Source: an uncultured Rickettsiales bacterium (GTDB lineage: Bacteria; Pseudomonadota; Alphaproteobacteria; Rickettsiales; SXRF01). From it: DNA of 64,000 nucleotides. The stretch spans positions 101,204-165,203 of the forward strand of contig CAZNPA010000002.1 of assembly GCA_964575095.1 (NCBI GenBank), read 5' to 3'. A program made the translations under genes and the position numbers. The notes below the pieces were generated by a model. The model saw only the letters and a program-made list of their open reading frames with translations. It searched no databases and was not told the DNA's origin. Numbering within the stretch: the stretch's first letter is position 1; the number at the start of each line of letters is the position of its first letter. This document shows positions 47,322 through 57,850 of this stretch, in pieces.

Positions 47322-47322
47322 G

Positions 47323-48246
47323 CTATTCCTTATGGTTGTCGGTCAGCGGCCCCGCCGCGATGAACACGTCCATTTGCTGGCCGACGAACGCGCCCAATTC
47401 CTTATTATCGAACGCATAAAGGATTTCCTGCACGCGCGAGTCGACGCGCTCGTTGCCGTCGCCGGTCAGCGAACGCTTGGGTTTGATGAACGGCTCCTTG
47501 CGCGCGAACGTGAGTTGCACCGGTTTTTCCGTATAGCCGCGCAACGTGCCCACCGCCTTGGCGGCGGGGTCGATGCGCAGGGCATCCGTCTCATCTATCT
47601 CGACGCGCACATGCATGATCTCGGTATTGCCCAGAATCAAAAGCGGAGTGGCGAGCGCGCCCGCCTGCGCATATTCGCCCGGCCGCACGTTAACGCGCAA
47701 TATCTCGCCGTCGATGGGCGCGCGCACACTTAGACGTTCCAGCTGCGTCGTCATGACTTCGATGCCCGCTTCGGCCTCGGCAATCCTGCGGTCGGCGAGA
47801 TCAGCGGCGAATTTTCGCCGCGATATGTCGTCGTCGCTGATGGCGCGTTTGTCGACGACACTCTCATACAGCGATAGCTGGTGGTGCGCATCGGCGGCCT
47901 GCACCTTGGCGGCGTCGAGCTGCGCCTCCGCCAGTTGCAGCTGCGCTTTCGCGTCGCGGTCGTCGATGGCAAAGAGTCTGTCGCCTTGTTTGACCTTATC
48001 GCCGACCTTAACCGCGACTTCGGTGACGATGCCGGGAAGATGTGTGCCGATCGAGATGCTTTCGCTTTCCGGCTCGACGATGCCAATGCCGGCGACGCGA
48101 TGCTCGTACGGCGCCGAAGGCGGCGGCAATGTCGGCGGCGCGGCCATAGGTGTCTGCTGCGTCAGCACCGATACCAGCGCATAGACGAGTAGCATGCAGG
48201 CTACGGCCGGCAATACTACGTTGATAAACGGATGCTTTTTTTTCAT
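47323..48246 (-). CDS. Membrane fusion protein (HlyD/DevB-like) of ABC exporter
   Basis: N-terminal TM, G.V.EVAVKVGDKVKQGD.L, coiled coil, VRAPIDG.IL, RVDSRV. Confidence 0.9.
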   Translation of the reverse strand: MKKKHPFINVVLPAVACMLLVYALVSVLTQQTPMAAPPTLPPPSAPYEHRVAGIGIVEPESESISIGTHLPGIVTEVAVKVGDKVKQGDRLFAIDDRDAKAQLQLAEAQLDAAKVQAADAHHQLSLYESVVDKRAISDDDISRRKFAADLADRRIAEAEAGIEVMTTQLERLSVRAPIDGEILRVNVRPGEYAQAGALATPLLILGNTEIMHVRVEIDETDALRIDPAAKAVGTLRGYTEKPVQLTFARKEPFIKPKRSLTGDGNERVDSRVQEILYAFDNKELGAFVGQQMDVFIAAGPLTDNHKE

Positions 48247-48944
48247 GCGTTTATCCTTTGTACCACTTCTTCGCGTTCGATTAAACCGTCGCCCATGGTG
48301 AAGATGCGGTCGGCGAAATGAAAGATGCGATTGTCGTGCGTGACGACGATGACGGCGCGCTCCGGATCCAGCGCCACCTCGCGCAGTATCTCCATCACCG
48401 TCTGGCCGGCGGCGGCGTCGAGCGATGCCGTCGGCTCGTCGCAGACGACGACTTTGGGATGGTGCGCCAGGGCGCGGGCGATGGCGATGCGCTGCTGCTG
48501 CCCGCCGGAAAGCTGCGACGGGAATTTATCGAGATGCCCCCTCATGCCGATCTTGACCAGTATCTCGGCGGCGCGTTCCTTGGCCTCGTCGAAGTCGACG
48601 CCGGCGGCGATGAGCACCACCGCCGCATTCTCGACGGCGGTCAACGCCGGCAGCAGGTTGAACTGCTGGAAAATAAACCCAAGCTCGTCGCGGCGGAACC
48701 GGACTTTTTCGCCGTTGCTGAGCGATGTCACCACGGTGCCGTCAATCGTTACTTCGCCTTCGGTTGCCGAAAGAATGCCGGTGATGACGGAAATCAGCGT
48801 TGTCTTGCCGCAGCCGCTGGGCCCCACCAGCATCGAAAGCTCGCCGGCGGGGATGGTAAGGTCGATGCCGCGCAGCACGCGCACGGTTTCATCTCCCGAC
48901 GGGAAGTCTTTGACGATGTTTTTTGTAATCACCGCTGCGTGCAT
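48243..48944 (-). CDS. ABC exporter ATP-binding subunit (LolD/DevA-like)
   Basis: GPSGCGKTT, FIFQQFNL, LSGGQQQR, CDEPTASLD, VTHD. Confidence 0.95.
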   Translation of the reverse strand: MHAAVITKNIVKDFPSGDETVRVLRGIDLTIPAGELSMLVGPSGCGKTTLISVITGILSATEGEVTIDGTVVTSLSNGEKVRFRRDELGFIFQQFNLLPALTAVENAAVVLIAAGVDFDEAKERAAEILVKIGMRGHLDKFPSQLSGGQQQRIAIARALAHHPKVVVCDEPTASLDAAAGQTVMEILREVALDPERAVIVVTHDNRIFHFADRIFTMGDGLIEREEVVQRINA

Positions 48945-48945
48945 A

Positions 48946-50085
48946 TTATCCTCTGAACACCAGCGCCGGATCAACTACCAGCGCCTTCCTTATGCTGAAT
49001 ATACTGGCCACCGCGATGATGACCGATACGGCGATACCGGTGATGACGACCACCTGCCACGGCAATATAAAGCCGCGCATGGCGATGGTGTCCGAAAGTA
49101 AGGAGAAGAAAATAGCGCAGAGGCCGATACCCAACCCAAAGCCGATGAACCCGGCCACCAGCGCTTGCGTGAACACCATGCCTAGAATTTGTCCATTGCT
49201 CACACCCAGCGCCTTCAGCGTTCCGAACTGGCGAAGGTTCTCGATGATGAAAATATAAAATGTCTGTCCGGCGATGACTGAGCCGATGATGAAGCCCAAG
49301 AGCACCGTCGTGCCGAAATTGATGGCGATGCCGGTGTGTTTTAAGATGTACATGATGTTGTGCCACTTGAATTCATTGCCGGTCAGGACTTGCAGGCCGG
49401 TGTGCGCGTGGATGCGGCGCTGCACGTCGACGATATTTTGGTCGGGCTTGACCTTGACCAGTACGAACGACATGCGGTTCCTTTCGCCGGGCGAGAACCG
49501 AAGTGCCTCGCTGTAGCGTGTGTACACCACCGGAAACGTCATGAACGGCGGCGAGGCATCGCAGATGCCGACGACGACGGCGCGCTGGTCGTTGATCTCG
49601 AGCGTATGGCCAGGCCGCTGCGATTCGCCCGGCCAGAAAAATTCATACCCGGCGCGGTCGATGATTATGGATTGCGTCTGCTTTAAGTCTTCCCATTTTC
49701 CGGTCATCATCTTGGGCGGCCGGCCGGTCAGCGTCGCGTTGTCGACGCCCATGACGATGATCTGCTGCATGACGCCGCCGTCGCCGCGCGCCACCGCCAT
49801 GCCTTTATAGAGCGGCAGCGCCCAGTCGACGCCGTCGACGCTGCGCACGCGAATGAGTTCCTTATCCGGCAGCGGTTTGATTTCCTCGAGATACTGCACT
49901 TCCGGGTGCATGACCCACAGGTCGACCTGTGAAAAATCGCGGATCTGGTTGCCGGTGCGCGCCATGATGCCGGTGAAGATCGACACCTGTTGCGACATCA
50001 GGAGCGTCGCAAACAAAATTCCGGCGATGAGCCCCAGATATTTGGCCCGATCACCCGTCAACATTTTCAGCGCGATCCAATACAT
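48946..50085 (-). CDS. ABC exporter permease (MacB/FtsX, DevC-like)
   Basis: Four-TM MacB-like topology; ENLRQFGTLKALG, DPALVFR. Confidence 0.92.
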   Translation of the reverse strand: MYWIALKMLTGDRAKYLGLIAGILFATLLMSQQVSIFTGIMARTGNQIRDFSQVDLWVMHPEVQYLEEIKPLPDKELIRVRSVDGVDWALPLYKGMAVARGDGGVMQQIIVMGVDNATLTGRPPKMMTGKWEDLKQTQSIIIDRAGYEFFWPGESQRPGHTLEINDQRAVVVGICDASPPFMTFPVVYTRYSEALRFSPGERNRMSFVLVKVKPDQNIVDVQRRIHAHTGLQVLTGNEFKWHNIMYILKHTGIAINFGTTVLLGFIIGSVIAGQTFYIFIIENLRQFGTLKALGVSNGQILGMVFTQALVAGFIGFGLGIGLCAIFFSLLSDTIAMRGFILPWQVVVITGIAVSVIIAVASIFSIRKALVVDPALVFRG

Positions 50086-50150
50086 CGTCAAACACGGTTA
50101 GCAGTTTGCGAGGCAAAAATTGTAGCTGACGGACATTAATAAAGTATTTC

Positions 50151-50236
50151 CGTCATCCCCGCTTTATGCGGGGATCCAGAGCCAAATGAACCATTTTTCG
50201 TGTTGCCCTAGATCCCCGCACGAGGAGAGGATGACG
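50151..50236. repeat. Palindromic element (family B, GTCATCCCCGC...GCGGGGATC)
   Basis: 29-nt arms cgtcatccccgctttatgcggggatccag / ctagatccccgcacgaggagaggatgacg; the right arm encodes the SDR C-terminus. Confidence 0.85.
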
Positions 50237-51002
50237 TGATAGACGGCTTGGCGGGAAGCCGTGCGAACAGTGGGTCGGCAAACCATAGTGGCAGCCAGGA
50301 CATGAGTTGCAGCGGAACATATAATTGCCAGGGAAAAGCGATGCGCGATTTATTTTTGGCCAGGCCTGCCGCGATGATGCGCGCTGCTTTGCCCGCCTCC
50401 ATCATGAACGGCATGGGATATGGGTTGACGTCGGTCAGCGGCGTCTTGATGAAGCCGGGGCAGGCGACCGAGACTTCGATGCCGTAGGTTTTAAGCCAGC
50501 CGCGCAGACCTTCTCCCCACACACGCACGCAGGCTTTACTGGCGCTGTAGGCGGGCGAGGAGGGCAGGCCGCGAATCCCGGCCAGCGAGCTGATGATGGC
50601 GATTTGCCCGCGTTTACGTTCTATCATCTGCGGCAACAACGGTTGTACGGTATTGATGACGCCGCCGATGTTGGTCGAGAAAATATTTTGCACCTGCTCC
50701 GCCGATTCTCCGCCGCCGCCGATACCGGCAGAAATTCCCGCGTTGGCGATCACGAGGTCGATGGGCGTTTGTGCGTCGGCGGCCAGCAGCCACGCCGCCA
50801 CTGCATCGGCGTCGGTGACGTTTCCGGTTTGGATGAACACCTCGGCGCCAAGGCTGCGGCAATCCCGCGCTACCGCCGCCAGGCGCTCATGGTGGCGGCC
50901 ATGCAGGTGCAAAATTGCACCAGGCGCTGCATAATGACGCGCCAGCGCCGCACCAAGACCGCTGCTAGCGCCTGTAATTGCTATATTTTTAGGGCTTTTC
51001 AT
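50208..51002 (-). CDS. Short-chain dehydrogenase/reductase
   Basis: ITGASSGLG, NAG, SS..G..GLP...AYSASK, CPGFIKT. ATG 51002. Confidence 0.93.
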   Translation of the reverse strand: MKSPKNIAITGASSGLGAALARHYAAPGAILHLHGRHHERLAAVARDCRSLGAEVFIQTGNVTDADAVAAWLLAADAQTPIDLVIANAGISAGIGGGGESAEQVQNIFSTNIGGVINTVQPLLPQMIERKRGQIAIISSLAGIRGLPSSPAYSASKACVRVWGEGLRGWLKTYGIEVSVACPGFIKTPLTDVNPYPMPFMMEAGKAARIIAAGLAKNKSRIAFPWQLYVPLQLMSWLPLWFADPLFARLPAKPSITSSSPRAGI

Positions 51003-51074
51003 CAAAAAGTAACCATTGACAGGATATAATAGAACTGTAACCAGAAGCATAAAGAAATAGCACTTAGGAATCGA

Positions 51075-51620
51075 ATGACCACCCAAAAATCCGTCTGCGT
51101 CTTTTGTGGCGCATCCAACAACGTCCCCAAAAAATTCCTCACTATCGGCGCCGAGTTCGGGAAAATCCTGGCCCAGCGGGGCATTACGCTGGTCTATGGC
51201 GGCGGCGATTGCGGCGTCATGGGTGCCATCGCCAATTCCTCGCTTAAAGCCAAAGGCCACGTCACCGGCGTGTTTCCGGTCTCCTTACGCAACATCGAGA
51301 ACGAGCATCAGTCGCTCTCCGAGATCATCATCGTCAACACCATGCACGAGCGCAAGCAGTGCATGTTCGACCGCACCGACGCCTTCGTCGTCTTTCCCGG
51401 CGGATTCGGCACCATGGACGAGATGTTCGAGATCCTGACCTGGAAGCAACTGATGCTGCACAACAAGCCGATCATCATCTTCAATTATCAGGGCTACTGG
51501 GATCCGCTGATCGCCCTCATGAAAAACATCATCGAAACCGGCTTCGCCAAGCCCGAAACCGCGACCTATTACCACGTCGTGACCGAACTGGAGCAGATCC
51601 TGGACGTGCTGGAGTTTTAG
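51075..51620 (+). CDS. LOG family nucleotide monophosphate nucleosidase
   Basis: VCVFCGAS, LVYGGG..G.MG, MHERK, PGGFGTMDE, HNKPI..N..GYWD.L. Confidence 0.95.
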   Translation: MTTQKSVCVFCGASNNVPKKFLTIGAEFGKILAQRGITLVYGGGDCGVMGAIANSSLKAKGHVTGVFPVSLRNIENEHQSLSEIIIVNTMHERKQCMFDRTDAFVVFPGGFGTMDEMFEILTWKQLMLHNKPIIIFNYQGYWDPLIALMKNIIETGFAKPETATYYHVVTELEQILDVLEF

Positions 51621-51624
51621 CCAG

Positions 51625-51648
51625 CCCCGCACTTGTTGCGGGGTCCGG
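51625..51648. repeat. Family-C half element
   Basis: ccccgcacttgttgcggggtccgg, one mismatch to 4344-4367. Confidence 0.85.
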
Positions 51649-51664
51649 TTCCTTTGGCTATAGT
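51636..51664 (+). promoter_or_regulatory. Probable leaderless sigma70 promoter of recJ
   Basis: TTGCGG-N17-TATAGT-N6-ATG; no SD; the -35 hexamer lies inside the repeat. Confidence 0.55.
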
Positions 51665-51670
51665 CGGCGG

Positions 51671-53437
51671 ATGTTAGCCGTATCCAAAATCGAGGCGCCG
51701 CCCTTATCGCTGACCGGAAAATTCTGGGCGGTGCGCGCGGCGGATGAAAAAAATATTCTGACGCTGGTGCAGCGCTTCGGCCTGCCGGAAATCGTGGCGC
51801 GCGTGCTGGCGGTGCGCGGCGTTGCGTTCGACGATGTTGAGAATTTCCTCAATCCCAACCTCAAAAATTCCCTGCCCGATCCGTCGCATCTTTTGGATAT
51901 GGATAAGGCGGCCGAGCGCGTGGCCAAAGCCATCACCGGCGGCGAGCGCATCGCCATCTTCGGCGATTACGATGTCGACGGCGCAACATCGTCGGCCTTG
52001 TTGATGCGGTTCCTGCGCGCGGTGGGGAGCGACCCCGTCGCCTATATCCCCGACCGCATGAAGGAAGGCTACGGCCCCAACGCACCGGCGCTGCTCCAAT
52101 TAAAAAAAGAAGGTGCGGCGCTGGCGATTACCGTCGATTGCGGCACGCTGGCGTTCGAGCCGCTCGAAGCGGCGCATGCGGCGGGACTCGATGTCATCGT
52201 CGTCGATCATCATATCGGCGAAGCACGCATGCCGAAAGCGCATGCGATCATCAATCCCAACCGCCTCGACGAAACTTCGCCGCACAAACAACTGGCGGCA
52301 GTCGGCGTGGCGTTTTTATTGGTGGTGGCGGTGAATAGAAAATTGCGCGAGATGGGATATTTTGCCACGCGCGCCGAGCCCGATCTCAAGCAATGGCTCG
52401 ATTTGGTGGCATTGGGCACGGTGTGCGATGTTGTGCCGCTTACCGGCGTCAACCGTGCCTTCGTGGCGCAGGGCTTAAAAATCATGGCGGCGCGCGGCAA
52501 TCTTGGAATGAAGACCGTGCTCGACATGGCCAAGGTCGACGCCAAGCCGGGAACCTATCACGCCGGGTTCATCATCGGCCCCAGGATCAACGCCGGCGGC
52601 CGCGTCGGGAAATCGGATCTGGGCGTGCGCCTCCTTACCACCGAAGACGAGGCCGAGGCGCTAGGGCTGGCCAGGGAACTCGAACAGCATAACGCCGAGC
52701 GCAAGGCCATCGAGGCGAACGTGCTCGAAGAGGCGATGCAGCAGGCCGAACACATGAGCGCTGAGGCGAAGATATTGGTCGTCTCTGCCAAGGGCTGGCA
52801 CCAGGGCGTGCTGGGCATCGTCGCCGGAAGGATAAAAGAGCGGTTCCAAAAACCGGCGGCGGTCATTGGCGTGCAAGATGGCATCGGCAAAGCCTCGGCG
52901 CGGTCGGTGGATGGATTCGATATGGGAGCGGCAATCATCGCCGCGCACGGGAGCGGGTTGCTGCTGGCAGGCGGCGGCCACGCCATGGCGGCGGGATTCA
53001 CCGTCGAAGAAAATAAAATCGCGGCGCTGATCGAATTCTTGAACCAGCACGCCAAAAACATTCCGGCGGCGCAAAAGCAGCTTACGCTCGACGGCGCGCT
53101 TTCCATCGGCGGCGTAACACCGCAGCTGATGGATACGCTGGAGCGGCTGGGCCCGTTCGGGCAGGGAAATCCGTCGCTGAAATTTGCGGTTTATAACGTC
53201 ATCAACCTGCGGCCGGAATGGACCAAAGACGGGCAGCACCTCCGCACGCCCCTCATCGACCCGTTAAGCAACGCCCGCCTTTCCGCCATCGCCTTCCGCG
53301 TCGCGGATACCAAACTGGGCGAGGCGCTGATGGCGACGCGCGGCAAAAAAATCGCCGTTTGCGGCCAGCTCAAGGCCGACGAATGGAACGGCAAACGCAA
53401 CGTCAGCATGACGATTGAGGATATAGGGACGTGTTAA
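51671..53437 (+). CDS. recJ: ssDNA-specific exonuclease RecJ
   Basis: IFGDYDVDG, PDR..EGYG, ITVDCG, IVVDHH, DLVALGTVCDV, GPRINAGGR, GGHAMAAG. Confidence 0.97.
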   Translation: MLAVSKIEAPPLSLTGKFWAVRAADEKNILTLVQRFGLPEIVARVLAVRGVAFDDVENFLNPNLKNSLPDPSHLLDMDKAAERVAKAITGGERIAIFGDYDVDGATSSALLMRFLRAVGSDPVAYIPDRMKEGYGPNAPALLQLKKEGAALAITVDCGTLAFEPLEAAHAAGLDVIVVDHHIGEARMPKAHAIINPNRLDETSPHKQLAAVGVAFLLVVAVNRKLREMGYFATRAEPDLKQWLDLVALGTVCDVVPLTGVNRAFVAQGLKIMAARGNLGMKTVLDMAKVDAKPGTYHAGFIIGPRINAGGRVGKSDLGVRLLTTEDEAEALGLARELEQHNAERKAIEANVLEEAMQQAEHMSAEAKILVVSAKGWHQGVLGIVAGRIKERFQKPAAVIGVQDGIGKASARSVDGFDMGAAIIAAHGSGLLLAGGGHAMAAGFTVEENKIAALIEFLNQHAKNIPAAQKQLTLDGALSIGGVTPQLMDTLERLGPFGQGNPSLKFAVYNVINLRPEWTKDGQHLRTPLIDPLSNARLSAIAFRVADTKLGEALMATRGKKIAVCGQLKADEWNGKRNVSMTIEDIGTC

Positions 53438-54288
53438 TGCAGATGCTTCGCCGTGCGTTACACAAATTAAAAAAGCCGAGCATCATCCCCGGCTTCGGCG
53501 TGACACTCGGCTTCACGCTTTTTTATTTAGGCCTGATCGTCATCATTCCTTTGAGCGGCCTGTTCATCAAAACGGCGACGCTCTCCTGGCCGCAGTTTGT
53601 TGATACGGTGACAAGCGCGCGTGTGCTGCATGCCTATAAAATCAGTTTCGGGCTGGCGCTGCTGGCGGCGATCATCAACGGCGTCTTCGGGCTGCTGCTG
53701 GCGTGGATACTGGTGCGCTACCGTTTTCCGTTCCGAAAAATCATCGACGCCGCCATCGATATCCCGTTCGCGCTGCCGACGGCGGTGGCGGGCATCGCGC
53801 TGACCGCGCTTTACGCGCCGCAGGGCTGGATCGGGAAATATTTTGAGCCGCTGGGTATTAAAATCGCCTTCACGCCGCTGGGGATTTTAATCGCGCTGCT
53901 GTTCGTCGGCATGCCGTTTGTCGTGCGCACGGTCGAGCCGGTGCTGAAAGATGTCGAGCGCGAGCTGGAAGAGGCGGCGGTAAGCCTGGGCGCGACAAGG
54001 TTCCAGACCTTCCGCCTGGTGATACTGCCCGCCGTGCTGCCGGCGCTCTTAACCGGCTTTGCCATGGCGTTCGCGCGCGGGCTTGGCGAATACGGATCGG
54101 TGATTTTCATCGCCGGGAATATTCCCAAGATTTCGGAAATCGTGCCGCTGGTGATCGTGATTAAATTGGAACAATACGATTACGCCGGCGCCACGGCCAT
54201 CGCCAGCGTCATGCTGGTGGCCTCGTTCGTCCTGCTCTTCATCATCAACTGGCTGCAACGCTGGAGCGGCAACAGGAGAACGGCATGA
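53437..54288 (+). CDS. cysT: Sulfate ABC transporter permease CysT
   Basis: [55 protein letters not shown]. Confidence 0.95.
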   Translation: MQMLRRALHKLKKPSIIPGFGVTLGFTLFYLGLIVIIPLSGLFIKTATLSWPQFVDTVTSARVLHAYKISFGLALLAAIINGVFGLLLAWILVRYRFPFRKIIDAAIDIPFALPTAVAGIALTALYAPQGWIGKYFEPLGIKIAFTPLGILIALLFVGMPFVVRTVEPVLKDVERELEEAAVSLGATRFQTFRLVILPAVLPALLTGFAMAFARGLGEYGSVIFIAGNIPKISEIVPLVIVIKLEQYDYAGATAIASVMLVASFVLLFIINWLQRWSGNRRTA

Positions 54289-55127
54289 GATCGCCCATTA
54301 CCGACCCCTATTGGGTGCAGGCGTCGCTGTTGCTCCTGGGCATTTTTTATATCGGCGTGCTGGTGCTGCTGCCGCTTGCCGCCGTATTTTCCGAGGCGCT
54401 GTCGGCGGGATGGAAGACCTATGTTGCGGCGCTCGAGAACCCGCTGGCGATAGCGGCGATCAAGCTCACCGTGCTCGTGGCGGCCATCGCTGTGCCGTGC
54501 AACCTGGTGTTCGGCGTCGCCAGCGCCTGGGCGATCGCCAAGTTCGAGTTCGCCGGCAAGCGCCTGCTGCTAACCTTCATCGACCTGCCGTTTTCGGTAT
54601 CGCCGGTGATTTCCGGCACGATCTATGTGTTGTTGTTCGGCGCCGGCGGCCTCATGGGGCCGTGGCTGGCCGAGAACGACATCCAGATTATTTTTGCCGT
54701 GCCGGGGCTGGTCATCGCCACCATCTTCGTCACTTTCCCGTTCATCGCCCGCGAGCTGATACCGCTGATGGAAGAGCAGGGCACCGAGGAGGAAGAGGCG
54801 GCGCTGATGATGGGAGCCAGCGGCTGGCGCACGTTTATGTCGATCACGCTGCCCAACATCAAATGGGCGCTGCTTTCGGGCGTGCTGCTCTGCAACGCGC
54901 GCGCCATGGGCGAGTTCGGCGCCGTGTCGGTGGTGTCCGGCCACATACGCGGCGCCACCAACACCATTCCGCTGCACGTCGAAATCCTCTATAACGAGTA
55001 TAATTTCGCCGCCGCCTTCGCCGTCGCCTCGATATTGACGCTGCTGGCGCTGGTGACGCTCTTGCTTAAGGCGGCGATTGAATTTAAGTTTGCCGATGAG
55101 ATAAAAGCGCAGAAGAGGCAGAAATAA
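54285..55127 (+). CDS. cysW: Sulfate ABC transporter permease CysW
   Basis: [60 protein letters not shown]. Confidence 0.96.
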   Translation: MRSPITDPYWVQASLLLLGIFYIGVLVLLPLAAVFSEALSAGWKTYVAALENPLAIAAIKLTVLVAAIAVPCNLVFGVASAWAIAKFEFAGKRLLLTFIDLPFSVSPVISGTIYVLLFGAGGLMGPWLAENDIQIIFAVPGLVIATIFVTFPFIARELIPLMEEQGTEEEEAALMMGASGWRTFMSITLPNIKWALLSGVLLCNARAMGEFGAVSVVSGHIRGATNTIPLHVEILYNEYNFAAAFAVASILTLLALVTLLLKAAIEFKFADEIKAQKRQK

Positions 55128-56345
55128 ATGGCCATCGAAGTCCGCAACATCAAAAAAGCCTTCGGCGAATTCTCGGCGCTGAACGACGTTTCTTTGCGCG
55201 TCGAGGAAGGCGAGCTGATCGCGCTCCTCGGCCCCTCCGGCTCCGGCAAGACGACGCTCCTTCGCATCATCGCCGGCCTTGACGTTGCCGATTCCGGGCA
55301 GGTCTTGATCGACGGCGTCGAAACCAGCCGCATGCAGGTAAGCGAGCGCAAGGTCGGCTTCGTGTTCCAGCATTACGCGCTGTTCAAGCATATGACGGTG
55401 TTCGACAACGTCGCCTTCGGCCTTCGCGTGCGCCCCAAGGAAGTGCGCCTGTCGCCGCAGGACATCAGCCGCCGCGTTCTATCGCTTTTGAAGCTGGTGC
55501 ATATCGACCAGTTCCGCGACCGTTATCCGTCGCAGCTTTCCGGCGGTCAGCGGCAGCGCGTGGCGCTGGCACGGTCGCTGGCGGTCGAGCCCAAGCTGCT
55601 GCTTCTCGACGAGCCGTTCGGTGCGCTCGACGCCAAGGTCAGGAAAGAATTACGCCGCTGGCTGCGCCGCCTGCACGACAACATGAAGATCACCAGCATC
55701 TTCGTCACCCACGACCAGGAAGAAGCGATGGAAGTCTCGAACCGCGTCGTGGTGATGAACAGCGGCCGTATCGAACAGGTGGGGACGCCGGAACAGGTTT
55801 ACCACCAGCCGGCCAGCGGCTTCGTATACGATTTCCTCGGCAACTATAACGAATTCATCGGCTGGAAGGACGAGCAGGGCACGGTTCACCTGGCCGAGGA
55901 TGATCTGTGGCAGGCGAAAAAATCTGCCGCCGCACCGGAAAAAACGGCCTCCGCCGGCTGGCTGTCGCGCTATCCCGAATTGACGGGCGTGCTGCGCCGC
56001 TTCGTGCCGAGGCTGCTTACGCCGGAAAGCGCCCATGCCCACGCGCCGCCCGGCGCCAGCAAGCAGGAAGTGCGGAAGGCCCTTACCGAGCGCGGCACGC
56101 CGGTGCGCGTGTTTGCCCGTCCGCACGAAATGTTCGTCACCAAGACGCCCGACACCGAGCACGAATACATCCCGGTCGAGGTCATCCATATCAATCCGGC
56201 CGGGCCGCTCGCCAAGCTGGAGCTGCAGCGCAAAAACAATTTGATCCTGCAAGCCGAAATCCCCAAAAGCATTTTGGATTCGCTTTCCATCCGAAAAAAC
56301 GATCACGTCTTCGTGCGGCCGAAACAGATTAGAGTCTTTGAATGA
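55128..56345 (+). CDS. cysA: Sulfate ABC transporter ATP-binding protein CysA (with C-terminal insertion)
   Basis: [55 protein letters not shown]. Confidence 0.95.
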   Translation: MAIEVRNIKKAFGEFSALNDVSLRVEEGELIALLGPSGSGKTTLLRIIAGLDVADSGQVLIDGVETSRMQVSERKVGFVFQHYALFKHMTVFDNVAFGLRVRPKEVRLSPQDISRRVLSLLKLVHIDQFRDRYPSQLSGGQRQRVALARSLAVEPKLLLLDEPFGALDAKVRKELRRWLRRLHDNMKITSIFVTHDQEEAMEVSNRVVVMNSGRIEQVGTPEQVYHQPASGFVYDFLGNYNEFIGWKDEQGTVHLAEDDLWQAKKSAAAPEKTASAGWLSRYPELTGVLRRFVPRLLTPESAHAHAPPGASKQEVRKALTERGTPVRVFARPHEMFVTKTPDTEHEYIPVEVIHINPAGPLAKLELQRKNNLILQAEIPKSILDSLSIRKNDHVFVRPKQIRVFE

Positions 56346-56908
56346 ACCCAAAAAACATCCCCAACTATCTCACCTACCTGAGGATCGCCGCCATTCCGGC
56401 GCTGATTATGGTATTTTATTTGAAAGGCCAGTGGGGCTATGTGCTGTCGGCGGGGATATTTTTGGTTGCCAGCGTCACCGACTGGCTGGACGGCTATGTC
56501 GCCCGCGCGCTGGCGGCGCAATCAAATATCGGGCGTTTCCTTGATCCCATCGCCGATAAGCTGCTGGTGGCAACCGCTTTGATGTTACTGGTCGGCGAAG
56601 GCCGCGTCGATTATGCCGACGGACGCGCCATGATGATCCCGGCGGTGGCTATCGTCTGCCGAGAAATTCTGGTATCGGGCTTGCGCGAGTTCCTGGCCGA
56701 AATCAGGATCAGCGTGCCGGTGTCGCAGCTCGCCAAATGGAAAACCGGCGTGCAGATGACGGCGATATTCCTGCTGCTGCTCGCCCACGGCGGTCCCGGC
56801 TGGCTCTATGCCGGCATTTTAGGAAATCTTTTACTCTGGGCGGCGGCGCTGCTCACGCTATTCACCGGCTATGCCTATGTGAAAACGGGTTGGAAGTATC
56901 TTGAATAA
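56342..56908 (+). CDS. pgsA: CDP-diacylglycerol--glycerol-3-phosphate 3-phosphatidyltransferase
   Basis: [48 protein letters not shown]. Confidence 0.95.
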   Translation: MNPKNIPNYLTYLRIAAIPALIMVFYLKGQWGYVLSAGIFLVASVTDWLDGYVARALAAQSNIGRFLDPIADKLLVATALMLLVGEGRVDYADGRAMMIPAVAIVCREILVSGLREFLAEIRISVPVSQLAKWKTGVQMTAIFLLLLAHGGPGWLYAGILGNLLLWAAALLTLFTGYAYVKTGWKYLE

Positions 56909-56970
56909 GAGGGATTGGGGTAAAAAGAAAATTAAATAAATTTTTCCCTAATCCCCAAAGCCTAATCCCT
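56909..56970. repeat. GGGATT[A/G] heptamer element between convergent pgsA and ilvE
   Basis: gagggattgggg ... ttccctaatccccaaagcctaatccct; the reverse complement is 25/26 identical to 63944-63969. Confidence 0.8.
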
Positions 56971-57842
56971 TATTTCCTCACCAAATCCCCGTACGCCTGC
57001 ATCAGCGTTTCGGTGACGCGGCCGACCTGGAACTGTTGGTCGCCGATCTGGCCGACGGGCGTGACCTCGGCGGCGCTGCCGGTTAAGAAGACTTCCGATA
57101 CATTTTTAAGTTCCTCCGGCTTGATGTGCCGCTCGACGACTTTCATGCCTTTATCTTTCGCCAGCTGCATTACCGTCTGGCGGGTGATGCCGTTTAAGAA
57201 ACAGTCGGCAGTCGGCGTATGCACGGCGCCATCCATCACCAAAAATAAATTGGCGCCGGTGGCCTCGGCGAGATAGCCGCGGTAATCGAGCATCAAAGCG
57301 TCGTTATAACCTTCGGCTTCGGCGGTGTTTTTGGCCATGGTGCAGATCATATAGAGGCCCGCGGCTTTGCTGGCCACCGGCGCCATGTTGGGCGCGGGAC
57401 GCGTCCATTTTGACCATTGCAATTTGAGACCGCGCTCCTTGGCTTCCTTGCCGAAATAGCTCGGCCATTCCCAGGTAGCGATGGCAACGTGGATCTTGGT
57501 GCCTTTGGACGCCACCGACATCATCTCGCTGCCGCGCCAGGCGAGCGGTCTGAGGTAACCGTTGACGATACTCTGTTTTTTGATCAGTTCTTTTTTGGCC
57601 GCATCCAGCTCCTCGACCGAAAAAGGAATTTTGAAATCCAGAAGCTCTGCCGATTTGTGCAGGCGCTGGCTATGCTCGCGCGATTTGAAAATCTTGCCGT
57701 TGTAGGCGCGCTCGCCCTCGAACACCGCCGATGCGTAATGCAGGCCGTGCGTCAGCACGTGTACTTTGGCATCACGCCAGGGTACGAATTTTCCATCGAA
57801 CCAGATTACGCCATCGCGGTCGTCGAAGGGAATTATGGTCAT
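56970..57842 (-). CDS. ilvE: Branched-chain amino acid aminotransferase
   Basis: HGLHYASAVFEGERAY, GYLRP, KAAGLY, EATGANLF, L.GITRQTV, EVFLTGSAAEVTPV. Confidence 0.96.
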   Translation of the reverse strand: MTIIPFDDRDGVIWFDGKFVPWRDAKVHVLTHGLHYASAVFEGERAYNGKIFKSREHSQRLHKSAELLDFKIPFSVEELDAAKKELIKKQSIVNGYLRPLAWRGSEMMSVASKGTKIHVAIATWEWPSYFGKEAKERGLKLQWSKWTRPAPNMAPVASKAAGLYMICTMAKNTAEAEGYNDALMLDYRGYLAEATGANLFLVMDGAVHTPTADCFLNGITRQTVMQLAKDKGMKVVERHIKPEELKNVSEVFLTGSAAEVTPVGQIGDQQFQVGRVTETLMQAYGDLVRK

Positions 57843-57850
57843 TTTATGTC

